This document shows positions 30,115 through 40,038 of a stretch of 64,000 bases of DNA, piece by piece. The stretch comes from Planctomycetota bacterium. Its GTDB lineage: Bacteria; Planctomycetota; UBA8108; SXIK01. Location of the stretch: positions 1,280,001 through 1,344,000 of the forward strand of contig OZ244999.1 of NCBI GenBank assembly GCA_965223265.1. Reading direction: 5' to 3'. The notes below the pieces were generated by a model, which searched no databases, was not told the origin of the DNA, and saw only the letters and a list, made by a program, of their open reading frames with translations. Each line of letters begins with the position of its first letter. The stretch's first letter is position 1. A program made the position numbers and the translations under genes.

Positions 30115-32715
30115 TCACCGCGCACGTTCAGCACCGACTGGAACGTTGTTTTCCACGAGTCCGCGCTCGCCTTTGATGTTATCTTCCACTCGGGCGACGT
30201 TTCCTGCGACGATGTAGTCTGTCAGCGTGCCGAAGGGGTTGAGTGCGTTCTCTTCATCGCTGTGGCGAACTTCAAGCCTGATACCCGCTTGGCGGCAGCG
30301 CAGCGCGGCGACATTTCGGATGCGAAGTCCGGAGAATGTCTTTGCGACAGTGACGCGATAGAGGACGGCATTGGCTAACGTCGCGCTCTGGCCTTTCAGC
30401 GTGAAGCCGTCGACGAGCGTCTGATCGCAGTCCTCGATGAGGAGTGCAGCGCCGCTATGTGAAGAGTTCTGGACGGTGACGTCGCGCACCGAGACGCCGT
30501 CACAATCCCGAAACGAGATCGGTGCGCGAGGTCTCTCCTGCCTGGCCTGGTGGTCAACGATGCGCACGTTCGAGAGGTAGACCCCCGCAGTGTTCGAAAT
30601 CCGGATCGGTTCGACGCAGCGCTCGGCAGTAATGTTTCGCATGGATAACCCCTTGTGCCCTTGTGGTCTGTTGGCAGTTCTGATCGCATGCCGGCAATCG
30701 CGGGCATAGACGTCTTCAATCACGACGTTGCGGTTGGTCTGTGCTGGTTTCCCATGATCCTGGACGTCGATAGCGTAGACGCTTGATTCAGCGAAGACTT
30801 TTCGGACGGTGATGTTGTCGGTGCCGTCGCTGACCTCGACCACACCGCGGCTGCGGCTGTTGTAGCCACGCACGTTTTCAACCAAAACGTTCTTCACCTG
30901 AGCCCCGAACTCGCCTCCGGAAATAGACACCACGTCACGTATGACGCCATCGCCGACAACGTCCCGGACAACGCCGCCGACGATGTCGCCACTGCCTTCG
31001 AGTGGAACGATCTCGACGCCATCTTTGGCGCTGTTGACGAAACGGCCGCGCTCCACTCTAAATTCGCCGGCGGCGATCGAGAGGAGAGGAGCGCGCTCGC
31101 TTTGCGGGACCGTATCGGCATTGCCTCGGAGTGTGAAATCCGTCATCGCGACACCAGCGACGCGGACAACAACCAGCGGTGTCTTGCCCAAACCGTCCGG
31201 AAGGCGCGCGTTCAGACCTTGCACCGTCAGCGGCTTGTCGATGACCAAAGGCGTTGAGAGCGTGACTGTTTGCGATCGATCGAGCTGCAAGACCGAGTAG
31301 GGGGCGGCTTGATCGATCGTCTTCTGGAGATGCAGCATGGCAGCACTCTGTTCCGGTGAGCCGTCAGGGCGGCCGAAGTCTCTCGCACTTCGGTCGACGT
31401 CGGCTTCCCAGTGCGCCCAAGCCTCCAGAAGCTTCCGCTTCAATTCAGGTTGCTCTTCGGATAGATCGTTTTGCTCTCTGAGGTCGGACTCAAGGTTGAA
31501 TAGCTCAGTCTGTTTCTTCGTTGCGTGCAGTTTCCACGGGCCACTGCGCACGGCCCGACCTGAGCCGGCGCGCCAGAACAGCGTGCGCTCCGGAATCGGC
31601 GTGCCGTCCTTCAGTAGGCGTGACAGATCGATGCCGTCGAGTGGCAAGCCGTCCGTCGAGGCGTCGGCGAGCGACGCGAACGTTGGTAACAAGTCGATCG
31701 AGTTGGCGACAGCATCAGTGATAGCTGGAGTGATGGTGCCTGGCCAGTAGGCGACCGCTGGGACGCGGTGGCCGCCTTCGTAGAGCGATCCTTTTTGGCC
31801 TCGCAGGACTCCGTTGCTGGAGATGTTTTTGAATCGCGAACCGTACGTCAGGTAGCCGCCATTGTCTGAGGTGAAGATGACGAGAGTCCTTCTCTCGAGT
31901 TGGAACCGCTCGAGCGCCGCGACGATCTCTCCGACGCTCTTGTCGACTGACTCCACCATCGCTTTTACGTGCGGTGTGACGTTTGCCGGATCAGGGACGA
32001 TGCCCCACTTGTCGTTTTCGTAGCTTTTCCCGGCAACACGATGCGGAGGGTCCTCCGGTCCTTGCCACGGAAAGTGGATGGCTAAATGTGGCACGTACGC
32101 AAAGAATGGCTCGCTTCGATGACGAGTGATAAAGTCGATCGTATGCTTCGTCAGTAACTCGGCGGTGTAGCCCTCTTCGTGCGCAATGGCATTGTCGTGC
32201 CACCAGTCTTTACGACCCCAGCGGTCAACACGGGTGTGATGATCTCCATCCCCTGATCCCAGGCCGCGAAATTCGTCGAACCCTTGGCTTGGTGGTAGCC
32301 AAGGCGGAACGTACCCAAGATGCCACTTGCCGAAGCAGCCTGTCGCGTAGCCTTTTTTCTTCAATACTTCCGCGATCGTCACTGCCTCTAACGGCAAGCC
32401 TTGGTTTCGATTCCTTCTGCCGGAGAGCGGGCCATCGAACCTACGTCCAAATCGCTGCTGATATCTCCCGGTTAACATCGCTGCTCGCGTCGGCGTGCAC
32501 ATCGGTCCTGCTGAATGGAAATCCGTGAATCTTAGACCGTGTGCAGCGAGACGATCGATGTGAGGTGTCGAGTTGATTCTGCTGCCATAACAGCCGACGT
32601 CCCCGTAGCCCAAGTCATCGGCGACGATGAGAACGATGTTCGGAGGCGCCGCGTCAAGAGCGCTGCGCGGCCACGAGGCGATCAACAGATAGAACGCGAT
32701 GCTTAGAGCTTTCAT
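30115..32715 (-). CDS. arylsulfatase-like S1 sulfatase fused to a right-handed beta-helix domain
   Basis: PNIVLIVADDLGYGD, CTPTRAAMLTGRY (FGly motif), GKWHLG, FTSDNGG, KGSLYEGGHRVP; C-terminal ~400 aa of NVLVENV/NITVRKV/NVVIEDV parallel-beta repeats. Start is 32715 or 32760. Confidence 0.88.
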   Translation of the reverse strand: MKALSIAFYLLIASWPRSALDAAPPNIVLIVADDLGYGDVGCYGSRINSTPHIDRLAAHGLRFTDFHSAGPMCTPTRAAMLTGRYQQRFGRRFDGPLSGRRNRNQGLPLEAVTIAEVLKKKGYATGCFGKWHLGYVPPWLPPSQGFDEFRGLGSGDGDHHTRVDRWGRKDWWHDNAIAHEEGYTAELLTKHTIDFITRHRSEPFFAYVPHLAIHFPWQGPEDPPHRVAGKSYENDKWGIVPDPANVTPHVKAMVESVDKSVGEIVAALERFQLERRTLVIFTSDNGGYLTYGSRFKNISSNGVLRGQKGSLYEGGHRVPAVAYWPGTITPAITDAVANSIDLLPTFASLADASTDGLPLDGIDLSRLLKDGTPIPERTLFWRAGSGRAVRSGPWKLHATKKQTELFNLESDLREQNDLSEEQPELKRKLLEAWAHWEADVDRSARDFGRPDGSPEQSAAMLHLQKTIDQAAPYSVLQLDRSQTVTLSTPLVIDKPLTVQGLNARLPDGLGKTPLVVVRVAGVAMTDFTLRGNADTVPQSERAPLLSIAAGEFRVERGRFVNSAKDGVEIVPLEGSGDIVGGVVRDVVGDGVIRDVVSISGGEFGAQVKNVLVENVRGYNSRSRGVVEVSDGTDNITVRKVFAESSVYAIDVQDHGKPAQTNRNVVIEDVYARDCRHAIRTANRPQGHKGLSMRNITAERCVEPIRISNTAGVYLSNVRIVDHQARQERPRAPISFRDCDGVSVRDVTVQNSSHSGAALLIEDCDQTLVDGFTLKGQSATLANAVLYRVTVAKTFSGLRIRNVAALRCRQAGIRLEVRHSDEENALNPFGTLTDYIVAGNVARVEDNIKGERGLVENNVPVGAERAR

Positions 32716-32799
32716 GGTCGCTGGCCAAGTTGTCTCTGCAGTTCGGGGTGAGTCCTTCATCGTTCGCCACTTCCGTCGTCGGCCCAAGTTAGAGATACG

Positions 32800-34244
32800 T
32801 TACTTGAACCGAAACGAGTAAAGATCCGCGTCTCTTAGAGCCACCTTGAGACGCACGGGCTTCCCGACGAGCTGGCCGACATCGGTGCCCTGTCTCCAGC
32901 GCACGACACGAGCGAGCTCGTCGCCGTAGATCTCGTCACACTCTTCGAGCGTGAAGCCGGGCAGCTCCGCGCCGCGTGTGTCCAGGAGAGCGCAGCGCAC
33001 GCTTCCTGCAGCCGACGTTGCGTAGTTGATCTCGAGCTCGCTGCCTTTAAAGTTGATCGGTACAGTGATGAGCTCGCCGCCTTTGTACGGTGCCTTCACC
33101 GATACGAACCCGTCGAGGCGCAGCGTAAAGCGACGGAGGCGACAGGGGCCAACGTAGTAATTCTCGATGGAGTAAAGCGACAGCTCTGGTCGCGTCCCAG
33201 GGAGATCGCTCGGTGTCGTCAAGATTCCCCAGGCGATGTGGTTGTTGCGCTGCCACCAGCGATGATCGTTCTCGCCCGGGCGCAGGAACGCCTCGTCCCA
33301 GCGCTTCCATTTGACGCCGTCGCGACTCGCCATCAAGACACCGTCGCTGACGCCGGAGAAGTCATGATCTGGACGCGGTTGATAGGCTGCCTCGCGACTG
33401 GGAACGAAACGCTTCGGGAAGCTTAAGAAGATGTGTGGCGCGCGCTCGTACGCGATCGTCGCATTGGTGTAGAGATGCTGCGGCTCCGCATCGCCGAGGT
33501 CGATGAGCTGCGTTGGGCTCCAGTTGAGAAAATCATCGGAAGTACAGGTTCGGATGGCACGCACCTTGTCGACGAAGTCGCGGTGGAAGTCAACGTAGCG
33601 ACCGCGGACGGTGTCCCAGAAAGCGAGGTTCTGGGAGTCGAACTTACCGTCGGTGATCACGGGTGTCTCACTGAGCAGACGCCAGTGAATGCCGTCCGCC
33701 GAGGCGAACGGATAGAGGCCACCGGAACACCGCCAAGGGCTTTGTAGCGTTCGTCCGGCTTGCACGCGGGATTCTCATCCTTGAATGGGGCGAAGTCGTG
33801 ATCGCCCACACCGTCCCAGATGATGTTGTTTTGCTTCGAGCCTTGAGACTCCACGAGTCCGAGCTTCGGGCGCGTCCAGTGCTTTGCGTCCACGCTCTCT
33901 GCGTAGCAGACAACTTGGTTCTCCGATTTCCGGCGCTTCCAATCATAGTTCGAGCCACGGTAATACATGCGAAATTTGTCGCCATCTCTGAACACTCTGA
34001 CGTAGTAGCTCGTGTTGCCCTCGTGCGGCTCGTCGTACGTGATGACGATCTCGCGCGGCGTTGGGTGATGGAGCCGGAGTTCCGCTCCCCGCAGCGAGTC
34101 GATGATGAAGTCATCGGTAAATAACTCTCGGCGCGATCCGATGTCGACGGCGGAACGCTCAGCGGTCTCGGTCGAGGTCGTCGCCAACGTGACGAGGAGA
34201 GGGCTGAGCAGAGTCAGACGAAGACGGTGAACACAGTGTTTCAT
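32800..34244 (-). pseudogene. secreted five-bladed-propeller glycosidase-like protein with a frameshift near 33730
   Basis: ORF 33657-34244 (signal, IGSRRELFTDD ... RYKALGG) and ORF 32800-33765 (GLYPFASADG, FDSQNLAFWD ... LYSFRF) together are colinear with the intact paralog 56110-57639. Confidence 0.82.
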
Positions 34245-34385
34245 GGGGATGACCTGGGCGTTGGTTCGGCGGCGATTCCAATTCCACGGCCGACGATGAT
34301 ACTCGGACGCGCGATCTTGAGAACAGAGGTTACGTGAATCCGTCGAACGAACCGCGCAATTCTGGCGTTGGCAGACCGTCGGGGT

Positions 34386-34660
34386 GAGGAGGAGGCTGAG
34401 TCAGAAGCGGAGTCAGACACAGCGGCGGAGCCAGGGACAGAATCAGAGACAGAGTCAGATGCGGAGACAGATGCAGAATCAGAAACGGAGTCAGACACAG
34501 CGGCGGAGTCAGAATCAGAGACAGAATCAGAAACGGGGTCAGAAGTAGACTCAGACTCAGAGTGTGGGTGCGCCCACGCCCACGCCCACGCCCACGCCCA
34601 CGCCCACGCCCACGCCCTCGCCCTCGCCCTCGCCCTCGCCCACGCCCACGCCCACGCACA
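34386..34660 (+). repeat. bipartite hexamer tract: degenerate GAGTCA/GAGACA/GAATCA run followed by (CGCCCA)7(CGCCCT)4(CGCCCA)3
   Basis: Read directly; intergenic between divergent genes. Confidence 0.9.
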
Positions 34661-34931
34661 TTAGTCTAGGGCACGAGGTGACCAGCGTAGCCAATCTCTC
34701 TGTCTCGCTCGGCTTGTAGCCCATTCTGCGAATACAGATAATCCAATGATGAGCTCTTGTGATCGGAACGTGCACAGGCGTCTCCGAGTCGAACATCGAG
34801 CTTGGTCGGGCCGAATCTGATGCCGCTCGAGACGCCTGCCTGTGGCGGTCCTCTTTGATGGCGTCACGGTTCGCATCGTAAGTTTCTCTATGAAACCGAC
34901 GTGCCATCACGCATCAAGAGGGCGAGACGCA

Positions 34932-35399
34932 ATGACGAGCTACAGCGGCCAGAGGGCAGCCGCTTTCACCTTGATTGAGCTCATGATCGTGGTAGCGATC
35001 ATCGCCATCGTCGCGGCTGTTGCGATCCCGATCATCTCTACGGCGCGTATGTCAGCGAACGAGTCGGCGGCGATCGGTGCGATCAAAGCCGTGGTGTCGG
35101 CGCAGGAAGGATATCGGCTGAGAAACGGAGGGTACGGAATAGACTGGGAAGACTTGGTGGATGATGGATGGCTCGATGAAACCTTCGCCACAGAAGACAT
35201 CTTCGTCTTTCGCCAAGGGTATCGCCTACGCCTCGTAGCGACTCGCTATAGGTTTTGGGTGTTTGCCAATCCCGTCACACCGGGGCAAGATGGCGTCCGG
35301 TCGTTCGGTTTCAACAATGGCCTGGCGACAGCTCTACCGTCCGGGACCTTATTGTTTTTGGACCCGTCCACCACGAACGTCTGGACGCCGCTGCGCTGA
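34932..35399 (+). CDS. prepilin-type N-terminal cleavage/methylation protein (type IV pilin / T2SS pseudopilin)
   Basis: AAF-TLIELMIVVAIIAIVAAVAIP followed by ARMSANESAAIGAIKAVVSAQEGY and GVRSF. Confidence 0.9.
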   Translation: MTSYSGQRAAAFTLIELMIVVAIIAIVAAVAIPIISTARMSANESAAIGAIKAVVSAQEGYRLRNGGYGIDWEDLVDDGWLDETFATEDIFVFRQGYRLRLVATRYRFWVFANPVTPGQDGVRSFGFNNGLATALPSGTLLFLDPSTTNVWTPLR

Positions 35400-35444
35400 A
35401 CCGCGATCTCGGGCGTAGCCGCTGTGGTGTGCTCTCGGCTTGGC

Positions 35445-36326
35445 ATGAAACGTTGCCTTCACGTACTCATCCTGTTCTGTGCATCAGCGGTCCTCTGCTG
35501 CACCAAGCCCGAGGTGCAGGGCGACTCGAGTCGATCGTTGATCGATCTCTCAGACGCCACCGCTGTGCGAGCTCGACGACCACTGCTCATCGCGCATCGA
35601 GGCGGCGTCGTCACAGCTCGTTCACCGGAATGTTCGCTGGCGGCCATCCGTTCTGCCGCGCGGCATGGTTATGACTTGGTGGAGCTCGACATCCAAGAGT
35701 CAGCCGACGGTGTGCCGGTTGTGTTTCATGATCGTACGCTTCAGAAGGCCTGCGGCCTCGACCAGCGAGTCGGTGAGCTCTCTGCCGAAGAACTGCGAAA
35801 GACCAAGTATCTTCATGTCGATGAAACCATTTGCGATCTCGACGAAGCCCTTGGTCTGTGCAAGCGCCTCGCGCTCGGAGTCATGCTTGACGTCAAAACT
35901 CGCGGCAGCGACACGTTTTTCGAACACATCGCCAGCTCGATTCGCGAGCACGGTCTGGTGGGCGCGACCATGTGCATCAACGGCGACGCGGTGATTCGCG
36001 AGGGCCTCAAGAGTGTCGCCCTGCTCCGCGTGCTGAGCGATGCTGTCGAACGAGTCGAAGATGGCGAGTCCGTTGCGCTCGCGGATTCGTTTTGGTTTGG
36101 GCTCCCGCGCGACCTGCCCGATGGACTGATCAACAAGTTGCAACGCTCCGGTGCGCTTGTCGTCCCGGCGATCAACACGTTTCGCTACGACACAGCTAAC
36201 CACCGCGAATCGGCACGCCGTGACATCGAGAGATTGATGCAGCTCGGCGTCGACGGATTCCAAATCGATTCGGTCTACCAAGATCATTTCGGTCGAGTGG
36301 CTGCGGCTGCGACCGAAGAAAAGTGA
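35445..36326 (+). CDS. glycerophosphodiester phosphodiesterase family protein
   Basis: LIAHRGG, PECSLAA, VELDIQESADGVPVVFHD, LDVK, LGVDGFQID; N-terminal signal. Confidence 0.88.
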   Translation: MKRCLHVLILFCASAVLCCTKPEVQGDSSRSLIDLSDATAVRARRPLLIAHRGGVVTARSPECSLAAIRSAARHGYDLVELDIQESADGVPVVFHDRTLQKACGLDQRVGELSAEELRKTKYLHVDETICDLDEALGLCKRLALGVMLDVKTRGSDTFFEHIASSIREHGLVGATMCINGDAVIREGLKSVALLRVLSDAVERVEDGESVALADSFWFGLPRDLPDGLINKLQRSGALVVPAINTFRYDTANHRESARRDIERLMQLGVDGFQIDSVYQDHFGRVAAAATEEK

Positions 36327-36333
36327 GCGCTAG

Positions 36334-37653
36334 CTATGACAGTAGCTCCCGAATCACGTTGCCATCGTCGACGAGCTTGTTCGGGCGACCGAGATCGTCG
36401 TGGTATTCCTTCTCGGGGTCGATGCCGATGGCGTGGCACAGGGTGGCCATGAAGTCGGGTACCGTCACTGGGTCCATGGCCACATCCATCCCACTCTCCT
36501 CGGTTTTCCCATAGACAAAGCCGCCGCGGAAGCCGCCGCCGGCGACCGCGAGACTCCAGCCCTTCAACCAATGATCTCGCCCCTTCTGGCCGTTGACCGT
36601 GGGTGTGCGGCCGAATTCGCCGGCAGCGATAACGACGGTGCTGTCGAGCAACCCGCGGACCTTCAGGTCGTCGAGGAGCTGTGCCATCGCACCGTCGAAC
36701 TCCCGCAGCAGGTGTTCGTGCGCGGGGTAGTGCTTCACGTGCGTGTCGTATCCACCGTGCTCCCCGTGCCGCACCTGGACGAATCGTACGCCCGACTCAA
36801 CGAGCCTGCGGGCGAGAAGGCATCCTCGTTCGAATTTCGATTTGCCGTATGCGTCGAGAACGTTCTGAGGTTCGCGTGAGAGGTCGAACGCTGAAAGATG
36901 CTCCGATCGCATGAGCCGCAGCGCCGCATCGCGCCCGCTGTGGAATCGCCCACCGAGAGTGCTGGGCGGGCGTCCCTCTTCGACGCTCTGCAGTAGCTGC
37001 AGGCGACGCCCGAAAGTCTCCGGGGAGACACCTTGTGGCAGACCTAAGTTTTCTGGAGGAGCATTGGGATCCCAGACAACCGTGGGACGATAGGCCGGAC
37101 CAAAGTACCCGGCGGGGAATCCAGGAGTCCCGATCGAAACGAAAGCCGGGAGCCCGATTTCGGATTCTGTCCCCAGTTCACGTGCAACGATCGAGCCGAT
37201 TGCGGGAGCCTTGAGCGTTCCCGTGATGCGCCACCCGGTTTGCATGAAGTACTGCGCCTGGCTGTGTTCGTTCTCGGGGCTGATCATCGACCGAACGATG
37301 CAGAGCTCATGTCCCTGACGGGCAAGACGCGGTAAGCACGACGACAGCTGCACCTCAGGGGAGGTCGTCGGCATCGGGCGAAAGATGTAGCCGAATCGAT
37401 CATCGGTCGAGGTTTTCGGATCGAACGAATCCTGCTGGCAGGGGCCACCCTCCAGCCAGAGAAGGATCACCGACTTGCGCCCCGCACGTCCTACTTCAGA
37501 TCGGTCCGTGCCGGCGAACGCGCTCGGCAGCGTTGGCCCAAGGAGAGCGCCGAGCGCGGTTCCCATGGAGGCTTTAATCGCACCTCGGCGCGTCACCAGC
37601 GTGAGGGGCGAGCGATGCAGCGCGTGGGGATCGGGAATGCAGTCTTTCGTCAT
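36334..37653 (-). CDS. DUF1501 domain protein
   Basis: KSVILLWLEGGP..DSFDPK, ARRLVESGVRFV, YDTH, GEFGRTP, GRDHW. Confidence 0.92.
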   Translation of the reverse strand: MTKDCIPDPHALHRSPLTLVTRRGAIKASMGTALGALLGPTLPSAFAGTDRSEVGRAGRKSVILLWLEGGPCQQDSFDPKTSTDDRFGYIFRPMPTTSPEVQLSSCLPRLARQGHELCIVRSMISPENEHSQAQYFMQTGWRITGTLKAPAIGSIVARELGTESEIGLPAFVSIGTPGFPAGYFGPAYRPTVVWDPNAPPENLGLPQGVSPETFGRRLQLLQSVEEGRPPSTLGGRFHSGRDAALRLMRSEHLSAFDLSREPQNVLDAYGKSKFERGCLLARRLVESGVRFVQVRHGEHGGYDTHVKHYPAHEHLLREFDGAMAQLLDDLKVRGLLDSTVVIAAGEFGRTPTVNGQKGRDHWLKGWSLAVAGGGFRGGFVYGKTEESGMDVAMDPVTVPDFMATLCHAIGIDPEKEYHDDLGRPNKLVDDGNVIRELLS

Positions 37654-37669
37654 GTTCTCAGCTCAACGC

Positions 37670-39469
37670 TCAATAGGTCAGAAACTCCGTCGATTGCAGC
37701 AAAGCCCACATGACGTCCGCGGCTCGTTCTGCGCTCGGTTCCTCCACCGCCCCAATGAGTTTGCTTCGCTCTGCGTTCGTCGGCAGACGCCCGAGTGTCG
37801 ACAGATAGACGCGGTCGAGGCGTTTCCGTGCCGTCGCTAACTTCGCGATTTCGCCTGGCGCTAAACCATGGCGCAGGGACGCCGCAACGAGCTCACCATT
37901 CATCCAAAGCAGAGCTTCGTTGGTCGGACTCCGTTCAATCCGCAGCGATTCCCTGATTCGCCGCAGGCGTTTGCCGATCTCGTCATACTGCGCGCGTAAC
38001 TCCGAGAGCTTCGTGTCTTCTCGAGCGTTTTCCGCAGCTTGCACCTTCTCTTTCTTCAACAGCGACGGGTCGGCGTGGACAAGGATGCGCTGCGCGTGCT
38101 CTGTGTCCAAGAGCTCCGCGATGTGGTCGGCGATCTCATAGATCCGCGCGTCTTCTCCCGTCACACGAAGCACTGAATCGTGCCACTGGTCCGAGTTGAG
38201 CGGTCGCCGGACCCACCCGATCCAAGTCTCCCGCACGTTCGAGTCGCTACTTTCGCTCTGCTGAAACACGCGGCTCAAAAGAATCGTCCGCAGAAGCCAC
38301 TTGATGTCGTGCTGGTTTGCGTTGAACTGCCGAGCGAGCTCATCGAGCAGTTTTGGGTGGCGAACCGCACCCTGCGGCGTAAAGCCATCGACGGCGTCAA
38401 CGAATCCGAAGCCGGTGAGCTCGGTCCAAAACCGATTGACGGCGGCGCGAGCGAAGTACGGATTCTCATCCCGCGTCAGCCACGCCGCCAGCTGTTCGCG
38501 GCGCGACAGCTCCTGGGCGTCGGCGTTGTCGACGTCGTCGCCGCCTAAAGGTCTCGGCTTCATCGTGCGCGGATTCGCGGGATCCGGAAACTTCACTTCA
38601 CGCTTCGCGTCCTCGAGGATGCCGCGGTCGTCGCCCCAAATCCCATCGACACTCCAATCACCTCCCGGGAGCGTGCTGATGCCGGCGGGATTGCGCGGCA
38701 GTTCCGGGAAACGCTTTTCGTAGGTAGGTTTGCCGAAACCGATGTAGATTTTCGCGAAATAGGCCGCAAAGCCCCAGTAGGACTCCTGGCTGAGCTCCTC
38801 GACATGCGGGTGATCGTGGCACTGGGCGCAGGAGAGGTTGACGCCAAGGAACAGGCGCGAGGCAGCCTCAGCGACTTCGTTCGGCTCGCAGTCGAAGTAA
38901 AGCGAGAAGTTCGAGTAGCCGCGGTAGGTGACCTCTCCATCCCTGGCAAGAAGGTCTGTCGCGATGCGCGACCAGCTGTGGTTCAGCGCCATCGCCTCGC
39001 GCGTGTAGAAGTAGAGCGTGGCGAGATTGGTGCTTTGGCCAAGCATCTGGCGCATCTCGGTGATCCAGCTGCGCAGCCGAAAGCCCCAGTAGTCCGCATA
39101 GCGACTGTGGGTGAGGAGTGAGTCGACGATCGCAGCCCTTTTTGTCGGGCTCTCGTCCTTCTCAAAGCGAACGACATCGTCAGGGGGCGCCGGTGCACCA
39201 TGAAGAGCCAGGCTGACGCGACGCAGGTACGTGGCGTCGTCGACGACCGAGGCGGGTGAAACGCCGCGACTCTGCCAGTACGATTCAAAATACTCGTCGA
39301 CGACCGCGGCGGCGTGATCGGTGCGGCCCAGGGGGAGTTCGGCGTGCGGACGCCGGGCGCCGCGAATGCCCTCTGGCTCAACGCGCTGCGCGTCGAGCGT
39401 CCCTCTCCCGGCAACGAGCGAAAATAGGAGGCCCGCGGCGATCTGCAGTCGGAGCGATCGGGTTTTCAT
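37670..39469 (-). CDS. DUF1549/DUF1553 protein
   Basis: DDATYLRRVSLAL, CAQCHDHP, NPYFARAAVNRFW, HPKLLDELA, WALLQSTEFL; signal peptide from MKTRSL. Confidence 0.88.
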   Translation of the reverse strand: MKTRSLRLQIAAGLLFSLVAGRGTLDAQRVEPEGIRGARRPHAELPLGRTDHAAAVVDEYFESYWQSRGVSPASVVDDATYLRRVSLALHGAPAPPDDVVRFEKDESPTKRAAIVDSLLTHSRYADYWGFRLRSWITEMRQMLGQSTNLATLYFYTREAMALNHSWSRIATDLLARDGEVTYRGYSNFSLYFDCEPNEVAEAASRLFLGVNLSCAQCHDHPHVEELSQESYWGFAAYFAKIYIGFGKPTYEKRFPELPRNPAGISTLPGGDWSVDGIWGDDRGILEDAKREVKFPDPANPRTMKPRPLGGDDVDNADAQELSRREQLAAWLTRDENPYFARAAVNRFWTELTGFGFVDAVDGFTPQGAVRHPKLLDELARQFNANQHDIKWLLRTILLSRVFQQSESSDSNVRETWIGWVRRPLNSDQWHDSVLRVTGEDARIYEIADHIAELLDTEHAQRILVHADPSLLKKEKVQAAENAREDTKLSELRAQYDEIGKRLRRIRESLRIERSPTNEALLWMNGELVAASLRHGLAPGEIAKLATARKRLDRVYLSTLGRLPTNAERSKLIGAVEEPSAERAADVMWALLQSTEFLTY

Positions 39470-40038
39470 GAGATGCTGGTATGACCTATCCACTCTTTGA
39501 CATGGCCAACACCACCACGTCCGCCGGTATTGTCTTCGAAGCGCGAGGAAAAATCCACGTAGAGCGCGTCCTGGCGCTGGGTGCCGATCGAGGTAGCCAA
39601 GACCCAGTCGCTTGCGTCGATTTCCGCGGTGGTCTGTATGTTTTAGCCTGGCCAGCGGCTTCGTTGGGGCCGCGCCCGCACCGGGGGAAGAACGCCCCCC
39701 CATAGGGAAAGCCGGGTAGCGTGTAGTTAGAGCTTCGTTCGTCAAAGTTCGTGCCATACAATCGACCTCCTCAAGGGAATGGACCGCCATGAGAGGGCCC
39801 TAACGGTGGGCCGTCTTGGTGGGTCTTGACGAACTCGCAGCCTGTGCGACAGGGGGCGCTTCAGGTTGTCGGTCCGGTTGCGGAAGCCGGAGGATCTCTT
39901 CAGTTCCCGCCGAAGGTAGGCAGGATGTTTGAGCCGCGTCGGCGTGCGTCGCGGAACTCTTCGTGCGGTCTCGACGCAGGATGGGGTTTCAGCAAATGAC
40001 GCCGACGGATCCACAGAGCCTGATTAGGAGGCACCGTC

